NCBI GenBank assembly: GCA_907165135.1
Contig: OU015569.1
Location: 5,270,001-5,334,000 of the forward strand
Direction: 5' to 3'
Length of the DNA: 64,000 nucleotides
Source of the DNA: Oikopleura dioica
Taxonomy: Eukaryota; Animalia; Chordata
The stretch's first letter is position 1. Each line of letters starts with the position of its first letter. The translations under genes and the position numbers were made by a program. The notes under the pieces were generated by a model. That model did not search any database. It saw only the letters and a program-made list of their open reading frames with translations, and was not told the origin of the DNA. Of the stretch, positions 24,492 to 36,187 are shown piece by piece.

Positions 24492-25708
24492 TTATTTCTC
24501 AGAATCTCCTATTAGCAAGACAATCTGGCCGCTTCGTTTCCGCGTTTCATCTTCTTTGTAGAGATGTGCGATTGAGGCATCTTTTATATTGAACTTAGTC
24601 TCGATCTTGGGGACTATCTTGTTTCTTGCTAGAAATCCAGCTGCCTTAAATTCATTAAATAGATATCTTATAAATCATAATCGCATTGCCTCGTATAAGT
24701 CGTTTACTTTTGCATTCGCTAGGTTGATTCCAGAAAGATACACTTCTTTGGCCAAAAATGGCCTAAGATAGAGCTGTACTTTTTGCTCGTGAGGGCCAAG
24801 GAGAATGACCCGTCCACCTGGATTCATCATAGCCAGGTCTGTTTGAAGATTTTCCGGTTTGGACTCGACTAAGAGGTCGATCCCTCCAATTCGCGATTTA
24901 ACCATTTTGACTAGCTCTTCATTCGTGTTATCGGCATGGTTAAACACTTGCAAGCAACCACATTCTTTAGCAGCTTTTTGACCATTGAATGAACCTGCAG
25001 TGCCATATACGCGCAGGTTGAGAGCCCTTCCGATTTGGGAGAGCGCATTTCCGACTGCCCCGCTTGCTCCCTTGACGAGAAGCGAACCACGAGGAGGAAG
25101 ACGCGAGATCTTTGCGAGAATTCGATGCGCTACAAAGTAAGGAAGGCCGTAGCAGGCTCCCTCGGCGAATGATACGCTATCTTACGCTGAAGTTAAATAA
25201 TTGCCGTCAAACTCTTTTACCTGGAAGGGCATGAACACTTCCATTCAAAACAGAAGCAACGCAGTACTTAGCGTAAGTCCCTGTTTTCGTCGAAATGACA
25301 GTATAAACTCGATCCCCCAAATCAAACTCCGTCACTGAATAATTGCCAATTACTGACTAAAATTAAACCTCACCTTGGCGTCCTTTTTGTACAATTATTC
25401 CCGCCGCATCACTTCCTGAAAATAATTATTTTCCAAAAATGATTTTAATTGTCCTTGCCTAAGATAAACGGCTTCTGGAGCTTACGCCCTTGCGAAAAAT
25501 AGCCCGAGCGTAGAAGCACATCAAAGTGATTGACAGAAGTAGCGCGTATTTTGATCAATACGTCAGTGGCCATCAAACGGAAGTCTAGCTCGTCCAAGCC
25601 GGACCACTGCATCGAGCTTGCTGGGCCGTAGTCTTTCAATAAAATGCCTTTAAACTTCTCTGACTTGAGACGCATGCCATCTCTTATCACGAATCCAGTT
25701 CTGTCCAT
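24492..25708 (-). CDS. CRYZ: Zeta-crystallin-like NADPH:quinone oxidoreductase (MDR family)
   Basis: VLIKIRATSVNHFDVLLRSG, GSDAAG, GDRVY, GACYGLPYFVAHR, LLVKGASGAVG, VYGTAGS, VFNH and GGRVILLG align with the CRYZ motif order. TAA at 24492. Confidence 0.8.
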
Positions 25709-25759
25709 TTTCTCTGAAATTCCGGACTCTTCTCCTGGGGAGGGTTGAAATTCCTCGCC

Positions 25760-26558
25760 ATGGCGCTTGAATATGTATGCTAATTACGCATTGTTTCTTT
25801 CAACACGGTTTTCAATAAGCTGACCTTTCGAATGACTTCTCTAATCCTCCTTTTGCTTCGAGCCGATTTCCTTTGGGAAAGCGATAAATAAGAGACGAAA
25901 TGAAAAAACAGTATCGTGGACTCTATTTTCTTCATTATTCCTAGCACTTGTGGAAAGCAGAAGAGGGTAAGGATCAATTCTAGCAACTGGCCTTCGAAGT
26001 AAGCTTTCAGATCGTCTGGAAAAGGAGGAGGCGGAAATAATGCCAACAATGGACTTGTTTCAGGTGGTGAATACGGAACGGTTTTAGAGAATTATTTTTG
26101 CCGATGATATCAAGGAAGACTCATTTTCTAAAACGACTAAAAAGTATCTAAAATTGATTACGCCTCTGCTGGCTTTGCACATAAAACAAACTATCAGGAC
26201 AAAGATGCAATTATTGAGGGGTTTTTCATGGCCGTAGGTATGAGTTGATAATTTCACATGTTGAGAAATAATGAGAAATAAGCTGTGGCCACGGGAATTT
26301 ACTTGCTTGTTTACGCAGTCGTGCGAATCCTGCATTCCGTTCAAGCTATCGAGTTTGGAAGAGGAGGAACAGGTTTTTTCTCTCAGCTTTTCTCGTTTTA
26401 TAGTTTTCGTAGCAAGAGAGGTTCTGGACCGTGATGCTGTTTCAAAAGAAGAACACTTGGAACTCTTGCGCAAACTGTGGCCAAACGGGGAAAAGAAAAA
26501 TCTTTTCTTCAGGTCTTGGTCACACGGCGTAGACTATGATTCGTTTATTTACGACTGA
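25760..26558 (+). CDS. Putative small multi-exon gene of unknown function
   Basis: Several GT...AG-bounded short segments with coding-like translation (DRLEKEEAEIMPTMDLFQ; VLDRDAVSKEEHLELLRKLWP...FIYD-stop). The frame could not be fully reconstructed. Confidence 0.3.
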
Positions 26559-26586
26559 GATGTATTATAACTGTAAATAAAGAACT

Positions 26587-27452
26587 CTATCCGGCTTTGA
26601 ATAGGAGCACTGCAAAAGTGTTAATGTAGAAATAAAGAAAGTGCTTGGACTCGTGCGTCACGTAAGAGCCGAAATTACGCCCAACGATACAATGCCATGT
26701 AGGGCTAAAATATGATTCAAAGTATGGGAGTCAAACTCACCCATATTTTTTGTCGGCTTCTTTCTTTATCGACGCAGCAATATCCTTCTCCAGCGAGAAT
26801 CGGTCAACCGCTTTATTTTGGGCTATTTTAATAACTTACTGAAGCTGCTTTTCAAATATGTTCGACCCTTTTCCTTTTATCGCACAGTCGATGAGGAAAA
26901 TCTGTTCTGCCGTTGCCATATCCGCGTTTTTGATGGTCGTCTTAGAGATATTATAAAAACGCAATGAATAGTAACTTCTCTCACCTTGCCGCCGTTCTTC
27001 TGAAATCTATCTTTGATTTCCGCCAGTGTTTCCGGCTCTGGATTGGCCTTAATGTTTTATGTTAAATAAGGACCTTATCTCTTTTCATACTTTTGACATT
27101 TGGAAAAATTCGATGAACTAAAAATAATGTGAATGAAGAGGAAACCAAACGCCGCGCCACACGCATTGGTGTTTGTAGTTGCTTACCGGAAGTGCTCTGT
27201 AACGTAGTTTTTAGACAAAGCACATCAGCATATTTACCGAATTATAGCCTAAGATCTATAGGCTCTATGACATATAGTCTATATATGATAAAGACTATAT
27301 GATATAATCGCATAATCGCAAGACCGAGCTTTTGTGCTCGCCTCTGCGGCATTTCCATTTTTTTTAGAGGCGCGCTGCCACTGACCCAGCGCTTTGCTTT
27401 CCAGAAACCTCTTCGTCGAGTTTTTCGAGCCGCTCGGTTTTGCCTCCGACAT
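26587..27452 (-). CDS. DYNLL: Dynein light chain LC8-like protein with N-terminal extension (start uncertain)
   Basis: [81 protein letters not shown]-stop aligns residue for residue with LC8. Confidence 0.87.
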
Positions 27453-27591
27453 TTTTTCTCTGGAGTGATTGGTTGGTACTCTCCACGTGCTTCTCCTTGA
27501 CAATTTAAGGCCCATACCAGCGTTCATTTCTTCACTTGGCAATTCGTAAAAGTCAAAACCAGAGCTCAGCAAGAGACCGGCAACTACGGAG

Positions 27592-30500
27592 ATGGAAAAC
27601 ATCGACCTTATCAACTACCGGCTAAAACGGCACAATGAAGAGCGACGACAAGAGTATCAAATGCTCACGAAAGCTGTCGAGGATCAGCAAAAGAAAACTG
27701 CTGCGAAGAAAGATGATCTCAAGGATTCTTTCCAGGAGAGCAAGGAGAAGAATGAAATCGCCGAGGCTAAACGTAAGTAATCTTAGTCCATCAAAAAGGC
27801 TGTGAAATACTGAATTTAGAGCAAGAACATGCGATCTTGATTTGCAACGAGCTCCAATCGCAGCAAGTAAAGCAAGAAGGGATCGTAAACGAGCTGGGTC
27901 GAATTCAAGACTTTTCGAAAAAAGTTGAGGAAATCAACGACGACCTAATCAAGTAAGAATTTAGCAAGGAAGAAGATGAATCGTGTGTTCAAAAAATTAT
28001 TAAGAGAAGACGCCATGTTGGAAAAAGCGTTGGAAACTTGCAAAACGACGAAATCGGTCCATGATGCGATTTGCAAGGAAGTCGATGAGCTTCAAGCCGC
28101 GTGGGAAGCGAAGAATGAGAAGATCGAGCAGTTCCTTGAGCAGAGTAAGTCACGGAGTTAATCAATTGAAACAATTTTTCAAAATTAATATTGAAAATAA
28201 CTTCTTTTTTTAGAGCTGGAAGATGTGCCAACTTATGAAGACCCAAACTTCGAGGCAAAGGCGATCGAGCAGGAGCGCATCTTTCAAGAAGAAATGAAGA
28301 AGTACCAACAACCAGTTGGAGACGAGGAAAAACTTGTTCGATACGAGGACTTCGCGAAAAACCTTGAAGAACAAATCGCTAAGGAAATCCATGTTCGGGA
28401 AGTCGAAGCGAAGGCTCATGGCGAGTGGATGCAGAAGAAGGATGTAGAGAAAAATGGTGAGATTTCAAATATGATATTTAATAAAAAATTCGCATTTTAG
28501 GACTGATTAAAAAGTCGAAAGCCTTCTGCGAAGAGAACGAACAGAAATACACTACTGCGATGGCTGAGTGTGCCAAGCTCGACTCCTCTTCTTCCACTGG
28601 AGCTGGCACACGCGATCGACTGCAAAAGAAATTCAAGGAACTTGGTGATCAACGAGTCGGCAGAGAGGTAGCCTGTGGAGAAAAGAAGGCCGAACTCGAG
28701 AAAGGCAAGAAAAGGGTCGCTTTCATGAAGCAAATGAATGAAGATAAAACCGGGAAGGTGCGCGAGCTCAAGGAGGGTGCGACAGACTTGAAAAGAAAAG
28801 TTGAACGAGCGGGTAAATTGAACATGCTCAAACGAGAAGACCTCGAGCCGGTAGCCAATGCGATTCAAAGAAAGAGGATGACCATCGACTCTGTCATGAA
28901 TGATCCAATCTTCGCGGTAATTTTCATCAGTTCCTTTATATTTTTAACCAAGCAAATTAGGAAATCAAGGATTTGGAAGCGAAGTTTGCGGCAATTCAGG
29001 TTGAAAAAGAGGGATTTCTTGCAAAAATCGAGCAGGCCAAAAAGCAAAAAGAAGAGAAGCAAGCTCAAATCGGCGAACTTACTAAGAAGGATGACGAGAA
29101 GCAAGCAAAATTCAACGAGCTTGCTGCTGAAAATGCCTCAATCAAGGTACCGTTTTCATGCGTCCTGTCGATGAGTGTTGGCGACTCTTAATCCACTTTT
29201 AGCTTTTGCTCGAGGCTGAAAACGAGAGACTTCAAGAGTTTGAAGAAAAAAAGGAAGGATTCAAGGAAAAACTGGCGAAGGGAGCCACGGCAAGAGAAGA
29301 GCTTCTCGAACGAAAAGCAAAAGAGCAAAAAGTCCTCGAGAGTATTTTGGAAAAAGTCCTCGATCATGGACGAAAGGAGGCGATCATGAAACAGCGCCTC
29401 GCAAAAACTCAAGAAGGTTAGCATTCTCCCGTAAATAAGAGATCTAAAAATGACTCAAATATAGAGCTGGAAAAGAAAGAAGCCGATCTTGTGGAGCTAA
29501 AGGAGCAACTTCGCAAAAAAGAGGAGGAGAAGAATTCAACAGCTGCACCTAATCATCAGACCCTTGTTTCTCTCCCAGTGCAAGAAAAAGAGTCCGAACA
29601 GGCTATCATGTCTGCTCCAACGCCCGTTCTTTCGCATATATCTCCACCTGTGTTACCAGAGCAGGAAACAAATCTTCTTAGCGAAGAAGAGGCTGCTCCT
29701 TCTGCACAATCGAGCATCGACACGACCATTGAACTAATGGCATCTCCCCCGGCTCAAAAAGAAATGGCGAGTGGAAAGGCTCAGAAGGCGATTATTCTCA
29801 AGCCAAGACATCAGCGGAATCGACGTTCGCCCCAGGAGCGAAAACTCAACTCTCAGCCCATTTTGTCCGAAGACGATGAAGTCATTAAGCTTTATGATGA
29901 AGCAGAGCTCGCTCGAACAACTTCCCTCATGAAACGTAAAGAGATATTATTCGTTTAAAATATTTTATTCTCAAAACTTTTTAGCTGCGCGAGCACCTGA
30001 TAATCAGTCGCAAATGTCAGAGGAAAGTTACGCGACTCCTATCGGCCAGCATCCTCCAACCAACTTGTGGGAGCTCAACAGAAAGAAGTCGACGCCGAAG
30101 GAGGCTGAAAACATGTCAAGCCCGCCGTCAGTCCTCTTTGTTGGCGAAGAAGCAGCAGCGCCAACCGAAACCGAATCTATTGGCGACGACTCTCTGCTTG
30201 GATTCCTAACCACGTACGTAACAAATTGAACGCTTGAAACTCATTACAATCATCTTCTCTAGACCAAAAATTCCACCGGTAGCTGTTGTCAAGCCGAAAA
30301 CACAGAAGCCGATTCTCGGGTTAGTTTTTTTGCTTCATATTCGGGATTTATATTATTTCGTAGAGGTTCCCGAAAGAGCCAATCACGCCAATCCTTCCGA
30401 GAACCGAAGAAAGCTCGAAATGCAAGCTCCCAGGAGTCCAACGCTTCTTCCTTGTCGCCTCTCTCTCGAGGCCTACGAAACCACGAATCTCCTCCCCGCA

Positions 30501-30838
30501 TCCAGATCAAGGAGAATCATAAATACGTGCAGACGCCAAAAACTGACCGAGCGAGATCGGTTTCGTCGAAGATAGGACCAAAAACTCCAACGAAATCGCC
30601 GAAGCCAATCTTGAAGACGCCAAAATCGGCGCCTTCCGCCTCTAGGAAATGTTCGAAATTTGCTGTTCTTTTGACAATCGTTAATGCCTAGGAAATTGTT
30701 TTTCGAATATGAAAAAGGCGAAGAGTTAGTTTTTCGAATACCAAGACTCCGAAGAGTACTCCAAAGAAGGCACCGAAGACGCCTAAGAAAATCGGCAACT
30801 TCGATGTCAATCCAAGCGACATTGAGGACTTTTTTTAA
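27592..30838 (+). CDS. Orphan long coiled-coil protein (roughly 900 aa, about 12 short introns) with a Pro/Ser/Thr linker and a basic TPK/SPK-rich tail
   Basis: Consecutive E/K-rich ORF pieces are joined by 40-50 nt GT-AG introns. The tail reads KTPTKSPKPILKTPKS...TPKSTPKKAPKTPKK...DIEDFF-stop. One probable frameshift at about 30430. Confidence 0.7.
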
Positions 30839-31480
30839 ACTGCCCCTTCTGAACACTGTCTCTTGTAAATAGTAAAATTAACAGTGCTACCATCACAATT
30901 GCCTTCTTTTTAAACATAAAAAAATGGGTAACTATTTGATACCGCATTAAACGGCGCAAAGCAATGTTTGCAGCATGGAACAGGTTTTTCTCTTAATGGA
31001 GATCTTGTTCCTAAATGCAACAAGACGGACAGCTGCGTCGGGAAACACAACACCCACGTCTTGACATTCCACTGATAAGGCAAAACTATATAAAAGACGT
31101 TTATTTGCATGAATTCCTGGCCCTATCACGAAAGACAAAATAATTGTTTTTGGATTAGCGAGTGATGCGTTCTCAGGCCTACAAACAGTGAGCCTCAAAA
31201 ATCAGCTCTGCTGAGTTAATGTTTACTGCTTGGGTAGCCAAGAGTTTAATCATATATAGCTATGGACAGCGGAAGATAGCATCTGTTTGTAATCTCAGGG
31301 TCGGAGTGACCCCGGGCGGCTCGCTGAAGCGCAAACTCTTCCTTCCTTTGTAAACTAAGTTTAGTTAGTAGCACCTTTGGAAGTGAGAGAGACCCGTGCA
31401 GCAGTTTGTTGTTGACCTCATTGATTTGGCGATAGCGAGCGCGGAAGAGATCGCTGCCTCTTTACTCGCCCCTGGTCCTT

Positions 31481-31486
31481 TATAAA
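31481..31486 (+). promoter_or_regulatory. Candidate TATA box of the eh1-zinc-finger gene
   Basis: TATAAA about 190 nt upstream of ATG 31669, followed by an A/C-rich leader with no upstream ATG noticed. Confidence 0.45.
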
Positions 31487-31668
31487 GAGAGCTCGAATCG
31501 TCCGTCGAAATCAACTCCAACTCCAACCAACGGCGGATCCGTCCGATCGAGCGAAGACGCACGCGCAATACAAATTTCTTCCACCAAAACAACAACGCCA
31601 AGCATAGGCATCCATCAGCACAAAGAAACAAAGAGAAACAGAGAAAAGCACACGAGAAAGAAAGCAAC

Positions 31669-32437
31669 ATGAAGAGCTTTTTAATCGCCGAAATTCTAGG
31701 GCTCGACGAAGAAATGCCTACGATACCTAAGCTCATTCCGAAGCTAGAATTCAAAGAAAATAAAACAGGAGCGGATTTTTTTATATGCTTCTTTCAAAAA
31801 TATGTTATTGATTTTCATATGGAAATAATTTTAAAGTAAAGGTGTAGGTTTAAATCTCATCAATTAGAAACAATGATTCTAATTATCCATTTACTGTTGT
31901 GGCTCTGGAATATTCCATCTTGCGTTAGAAAATAGGCGGGATAGTGCGAAATCGAAAGATAAAATCAACAGTAATAAAATTAATCCCGCGATAAGAGGAG
32001 TACGAGTGTAAAGTGTGCTCCAAGAGATTTGCGCAAGAGCATCAGTTGGAGTACCACGCGCGCGTGCACGAACGAGTCAAGCAATGCACCCACTGTGGCG
32101 AGTGTTTCAGGTCCAAGTCCAAGTTTCGCCAGCATCTGCGGGAGGTGCACTCCAAACGGGTCGACTGCTCTGTCTGCGATAAGAGGTACCATCTTTTCTC
32201 AGTCAAAAAATCTAAGTCAAGAAAATAAGGTTCCGAGATAAGACAGCGCTGGAGAAACACTTTGCCCGACAACATCCAGGTAGCAACGAAAACATGCCCA
32301 AATCGTCGACAGCATCGCCGTCTCAGCTCTCACCGTTTTCTTCAAAAATCACGAACCCAATGTCGAGTCAGAGTCTATCAAATATCAAATTCAAGGATGA
32401 GATGCTGAAGCGGTACGCCCAGTCCATCAGCAAGTGA
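31669..32437 (+). CDS. Small transcription factor: N-terminal eh1-like motif plus 3 C2H2 zinc fingers
   Basis: MKSFLIAEILG (FxIxxIL). Fingers: YECKVCSKRFAQEHQLEYHARVH, KQCTHCGECFRSKSKFRQHLREVH and VDCSVCDK/RFRDKTALEKHFARQH. Two introns; TGA at 32437. Confidence 0.8.
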
Positions 32438-32664
32438 CCTCGCGAATAAAGAAAATGTCATCTCGTGAAATTTTACTTTCTTTGCGTATAATAAGGTGCA
32501 ACAGACAAAATAAAAGTTCATGATTTGAAAAAGAAGTGCTTATTTATCACCGCAGGGGAGAAAAGACGGGCTGGGGGATTACGTTGAAATCGTACCCACC
32601 CGCGGCTTTTCTTACCGGTTCAGTTTGGTGAAAAAAACAGAGCAGAAAATATTTGCTAAAAAGG

Positions 32665-33555
32665 ATGGGTCGATTCGTTCCAATTGGCTTCGCATTACTT
32701 CTAGGCGCTTTGATTTATTTTGCGCTGCAAAAAAACGAGGGCAAGAATGAGAATATACTAAAGCAAGAGAGAAGAAAAGAAAACGCGAAAAAGAGGGAGC
32801 ATGTTCGTGTCGCGAAGCAGAATATGACGGAAGCCGAGATGCAAATAAATGGAAGTCCGCCCGAGTACTTGATGGTATTTCATTATCTATCCAGGTAAAA
32901 GACAACGACATACTCCATCGATTGCAATACTCTCTAGCTTGGAGTTCAAACAAGAAAGCGATCTAAAGTCAACAAGGACAAAAATAAAAGATTACTATAC
33001 AGATATGGACATGCTAACTGGGTTCGAGTTCCACATGGTAACTCCCTATCCAGAGTTTGAATCCTCTGAAGCTGAATGCGAGGGAAGAAATTGCTACGAG
33101 GAGAGAGTGATGATTAAGTCACTAGGAAAAGAGATCGCACTCAAAGTGAACAGAATGAATCCGAAAAAGGATGGTCTCGATAAAGAGACCTAGACTCTTT
33201 GACTTCAATTTAGAGACCTACAAAGCTTGATAAGGCAGTTATTGTCGTACTTGATGGAAGTTATGTGCTGACGCAAGAGACCATCACTAGTCGTTTGATG
33301 ACGATGCCGAAGGGCTTTCTATGGTGCCTCACTCAGATGACGACGTCGGGCAGAGAAAATGTTGGAGGACACTGCCGCGACAACCGCTTCTCGATTCAGG
33401 GTTCAAACGTAATTGACTACATTTCAAAAGTGCCCGATGCTGGAAAGATTCTTAGCCCTTCTGAGGAATTCACAGGGAGGATGAGAATCGCGTCGCAAAC
33501 AAAGATCAGCTGGCGCAGAGAAAAGCTCTTTCTAACTCCTGTTAAAAGTCTCTAA
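32665..33555 (+). CDS. Putative type II membrane protein of unknown function
   Basis: MGRFVPIGFALLLGALIYFALQK (short N-terminus plus TM helix), followed by further ORF segments to TAA 33555. Splice phases are not fully resolved. Confidence 0.4.
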
Positions 33556-33817
33556 CAACTGCTGCGATAATAAAACTCGACAGAGAAATTTTTGGGATAA
33601 AGTCACACAAACTTCGAATTCTTTGGTATCCTTGAGATAGATTTATTTTGTACACGGCGTTAAATAAGTCAAATAGTCTAGTTTTGCGGCAGCAGGTCGT
33701 TGAGGCCTTCTGCTCGTGCGTTCCTCGGTATTCTTTCCTCAACTGTTAAATTTTCGAATTTGGGGATAAGTCGAATTCGCCTAAAGTTTCAATAAATCAA
33801 GATAATTGATTTTTATT

Positions 33818-34611
33818 TCACCTAAAGAATGAAGAAAGTCGACTCTCATCGTCTTTTAACTCTTTGTTGTCTTCATTGTAGGATGGAATGTCAATGTCAG
33901 ACAAGTGCCATCGATTCATCCACATCGTGCCAAGCCAGCCAATGTCAACCATTGCTAAAATTACGCTGAAAGAGAAAAACGAAAAGTAGAGAGTCTCTAC
34001 TAGAGACTTACATCTAAATTTATCTGAGAACGAGAGCTGCATTTCATCACAAGTTGCCAGGGGATTCCAGTTTCTTTCAGAATATTTGTCCATATAGAAT
34101 AATGTGAAAAAGAAAAAGTTCATTTCTTTTATTTGACCACGACCAAGAGCCTCAGAATTGCACTTGACAAAATTATGTGCTGAACTGTTCATTGAGGATT
34201 CTGAGATCGGCGACGCTTTTGCAGCAAGTCGCCGGAAATCGCAGCGGTAGTCTTCTAACACCGGCCGCGTCCAGTAGGAGGCAACTGCAAGGAAGAAGCT
34301 CGCCCAGGACAAAGTCGCCCAAAAAGGATTTGTTCTTGCATATTTTTTCAGATCCTTGCCAACTTCGTAGTAGTCTAAGAGAACTTTAGAAGATAAATCA
34401 TAACATGACGAACCTAGCACGAGATTTCTTGCCGGAGTATAAACAAACTTGATTGTGGGTCGCTTCACGAATCGATAATAAAAGCGAACGCGAAAAGGAT
34501 GTTTTTGAAGTTTTCTATATTCTCGGCTGGCTTTATATTAAGTCGATATCTGCTCGATTTTAGTAAGGTCTGTCTCCGAGCGATTGCCCAGATATTTGGC
34601 TCACCAGCCAT
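33818..34611 (-). CDS. TIMM29: Mitochondrial TIM22-complex subunit Tim29
   Basis: Arg-rich presequence-like N-terminus, LLDYYEVGKD, a TM segment, and, after removing a GT-AG intron, DKFRSMVDIGWLGTMW...DIDI. This resembles the Tim29 DY.E...D and LDVG..G.WW...D.DI motifs. Confidence 0.72.
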
Positions 34612-35304
34612 TTCAAAATCTAAACGCGTGGAATTATCTTCTGAATTAAAATACAGAAAGGTACATAAATTGGAAAAGATGACTTTGAAGGAACTTTGTA
34701 AGGTTTCAGCAAAAATGGCTCAATAGTAAAGCAATATTTGTAAGCAAGGAAACACTTGAAAATCGCAGAATGCATCTGAAGTCTCCAGAGTCTGGAGGAG
34801 CAAATTGTAGGTTAACAAGCACAACTGGGGGGAACTACCACACACTGCTGTTAGAGAGCTGCCTAATCTGAGATAACAGGACTATCAAAGCTTAAAAGCT
34901 AAGATCAACGAAGACTACCCAAAATAATTTTTGCCTAATTCCTACTTCCATTCACTTTTCTCTAGGCATCTATTTAACATCAGAGTATGTAAAGTTTATT
35001 TTAGGAGAAAGAAAAGTTCTGTTACATGCTGAACTGAAATGCATTTTTTAGTTTTTGACTATTTTTGTCACTAGGGTACACACTTACAAAAGGAGTTTTG
35101 TTGCACAGACAAAGTTTTACATTATAAAATAGTGTCTCAAATTTGTTGCATAATGTTTGCGCATGCTGTTGATACTAATCTAAGGGAGAAACTAATTTTC
35201 ATTATTTTACTAGATGCTATTAGTAATAGCCTATTACTTCGATGCTATGACTCATAAGTTATGAGAAGATGGACTAACCAAAATAATGACGTGATATACA
35301 TGTA

Positions 35305-35703
35305 CAGTTTTTTTCCTCTTTTGTGGACCCCAAGTTTGTGGACATTTTCTTGATTTTAAGGGGTTTACGTGGGACACTATTGCAAAGATAATGTTCCACT
35401 TTTGTGGACATTTTTCCTGATAAGAAAATTTTAGAGGCAATAATAGCATATTTTTTTTCAAAAATCAAGGGTTATTTTTGAGAAATGAAGGGCTAAAGCT
35501 GTTAAATTTGTCGAAAAAACATAAACATAAGCAAGAGAAAGGCGTTTCAAGAATGAAATTTGTCATTTTTCTATAAAAACTTATGTTTGAAAAAATTTTA
35601 ATACACTACGGCGGGACATTTTTTTGGGAACCCTTGCCCACTTTTGTGGACATTTTTCCGAATATTTGGGACAAAGAGTGTCCACAAAAGAGGAAAAGAA
35701 CTG
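35305..35703. mobile_element. Tc1/mariner-type MITE (399 bp)
   Basis: TIR CAGTT(T/C)TTTTCCTCTTTTGTGGAC at both ends, TA flanks (35303-04, 35704-05), internal TTTGTGGACA repeats. Confidence 0.75.
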
Positions 35704-36187
35704 TATATGACTGAATTTGAAAATAGCCCAGCAACGATATCATTTGCTATAAGTAGGTCTGATACAAACGGTGGATCGTTTGCTTGTCAACTTAATCTGC
35801 TAACTAACCCTATGATATTCGACGATGAAATATTTATTTGTACAGTCAAAAGCAGTCATACATGAATGTGCATTAAAGATCGAAAAAATTAACAGTTGAA
35901 AAAATGTTCAGTTTAATTTATGAATTACAAAATAAGGATTTTCATCCTCTCCCAAGGCCAAGACAGTAGAATGCGCGCAAAAATGATACAACACAAATGA
36001 AACATTATCTTATTTTATTAGGAATAAACTGGAACTGACGTAGTTTTTTCTTCTTGTTCCTGGAATGCTGGTGGCGACAATGTGAAGGGTTGAAGGGTTT
36101 TTGTCTCCTGAGACGTGTGTGAAGATGAACTGCAGATAATACACTTTGGATTGGACAAAGAGTGGAAGGAAAGGCGGAGGTGGATGA

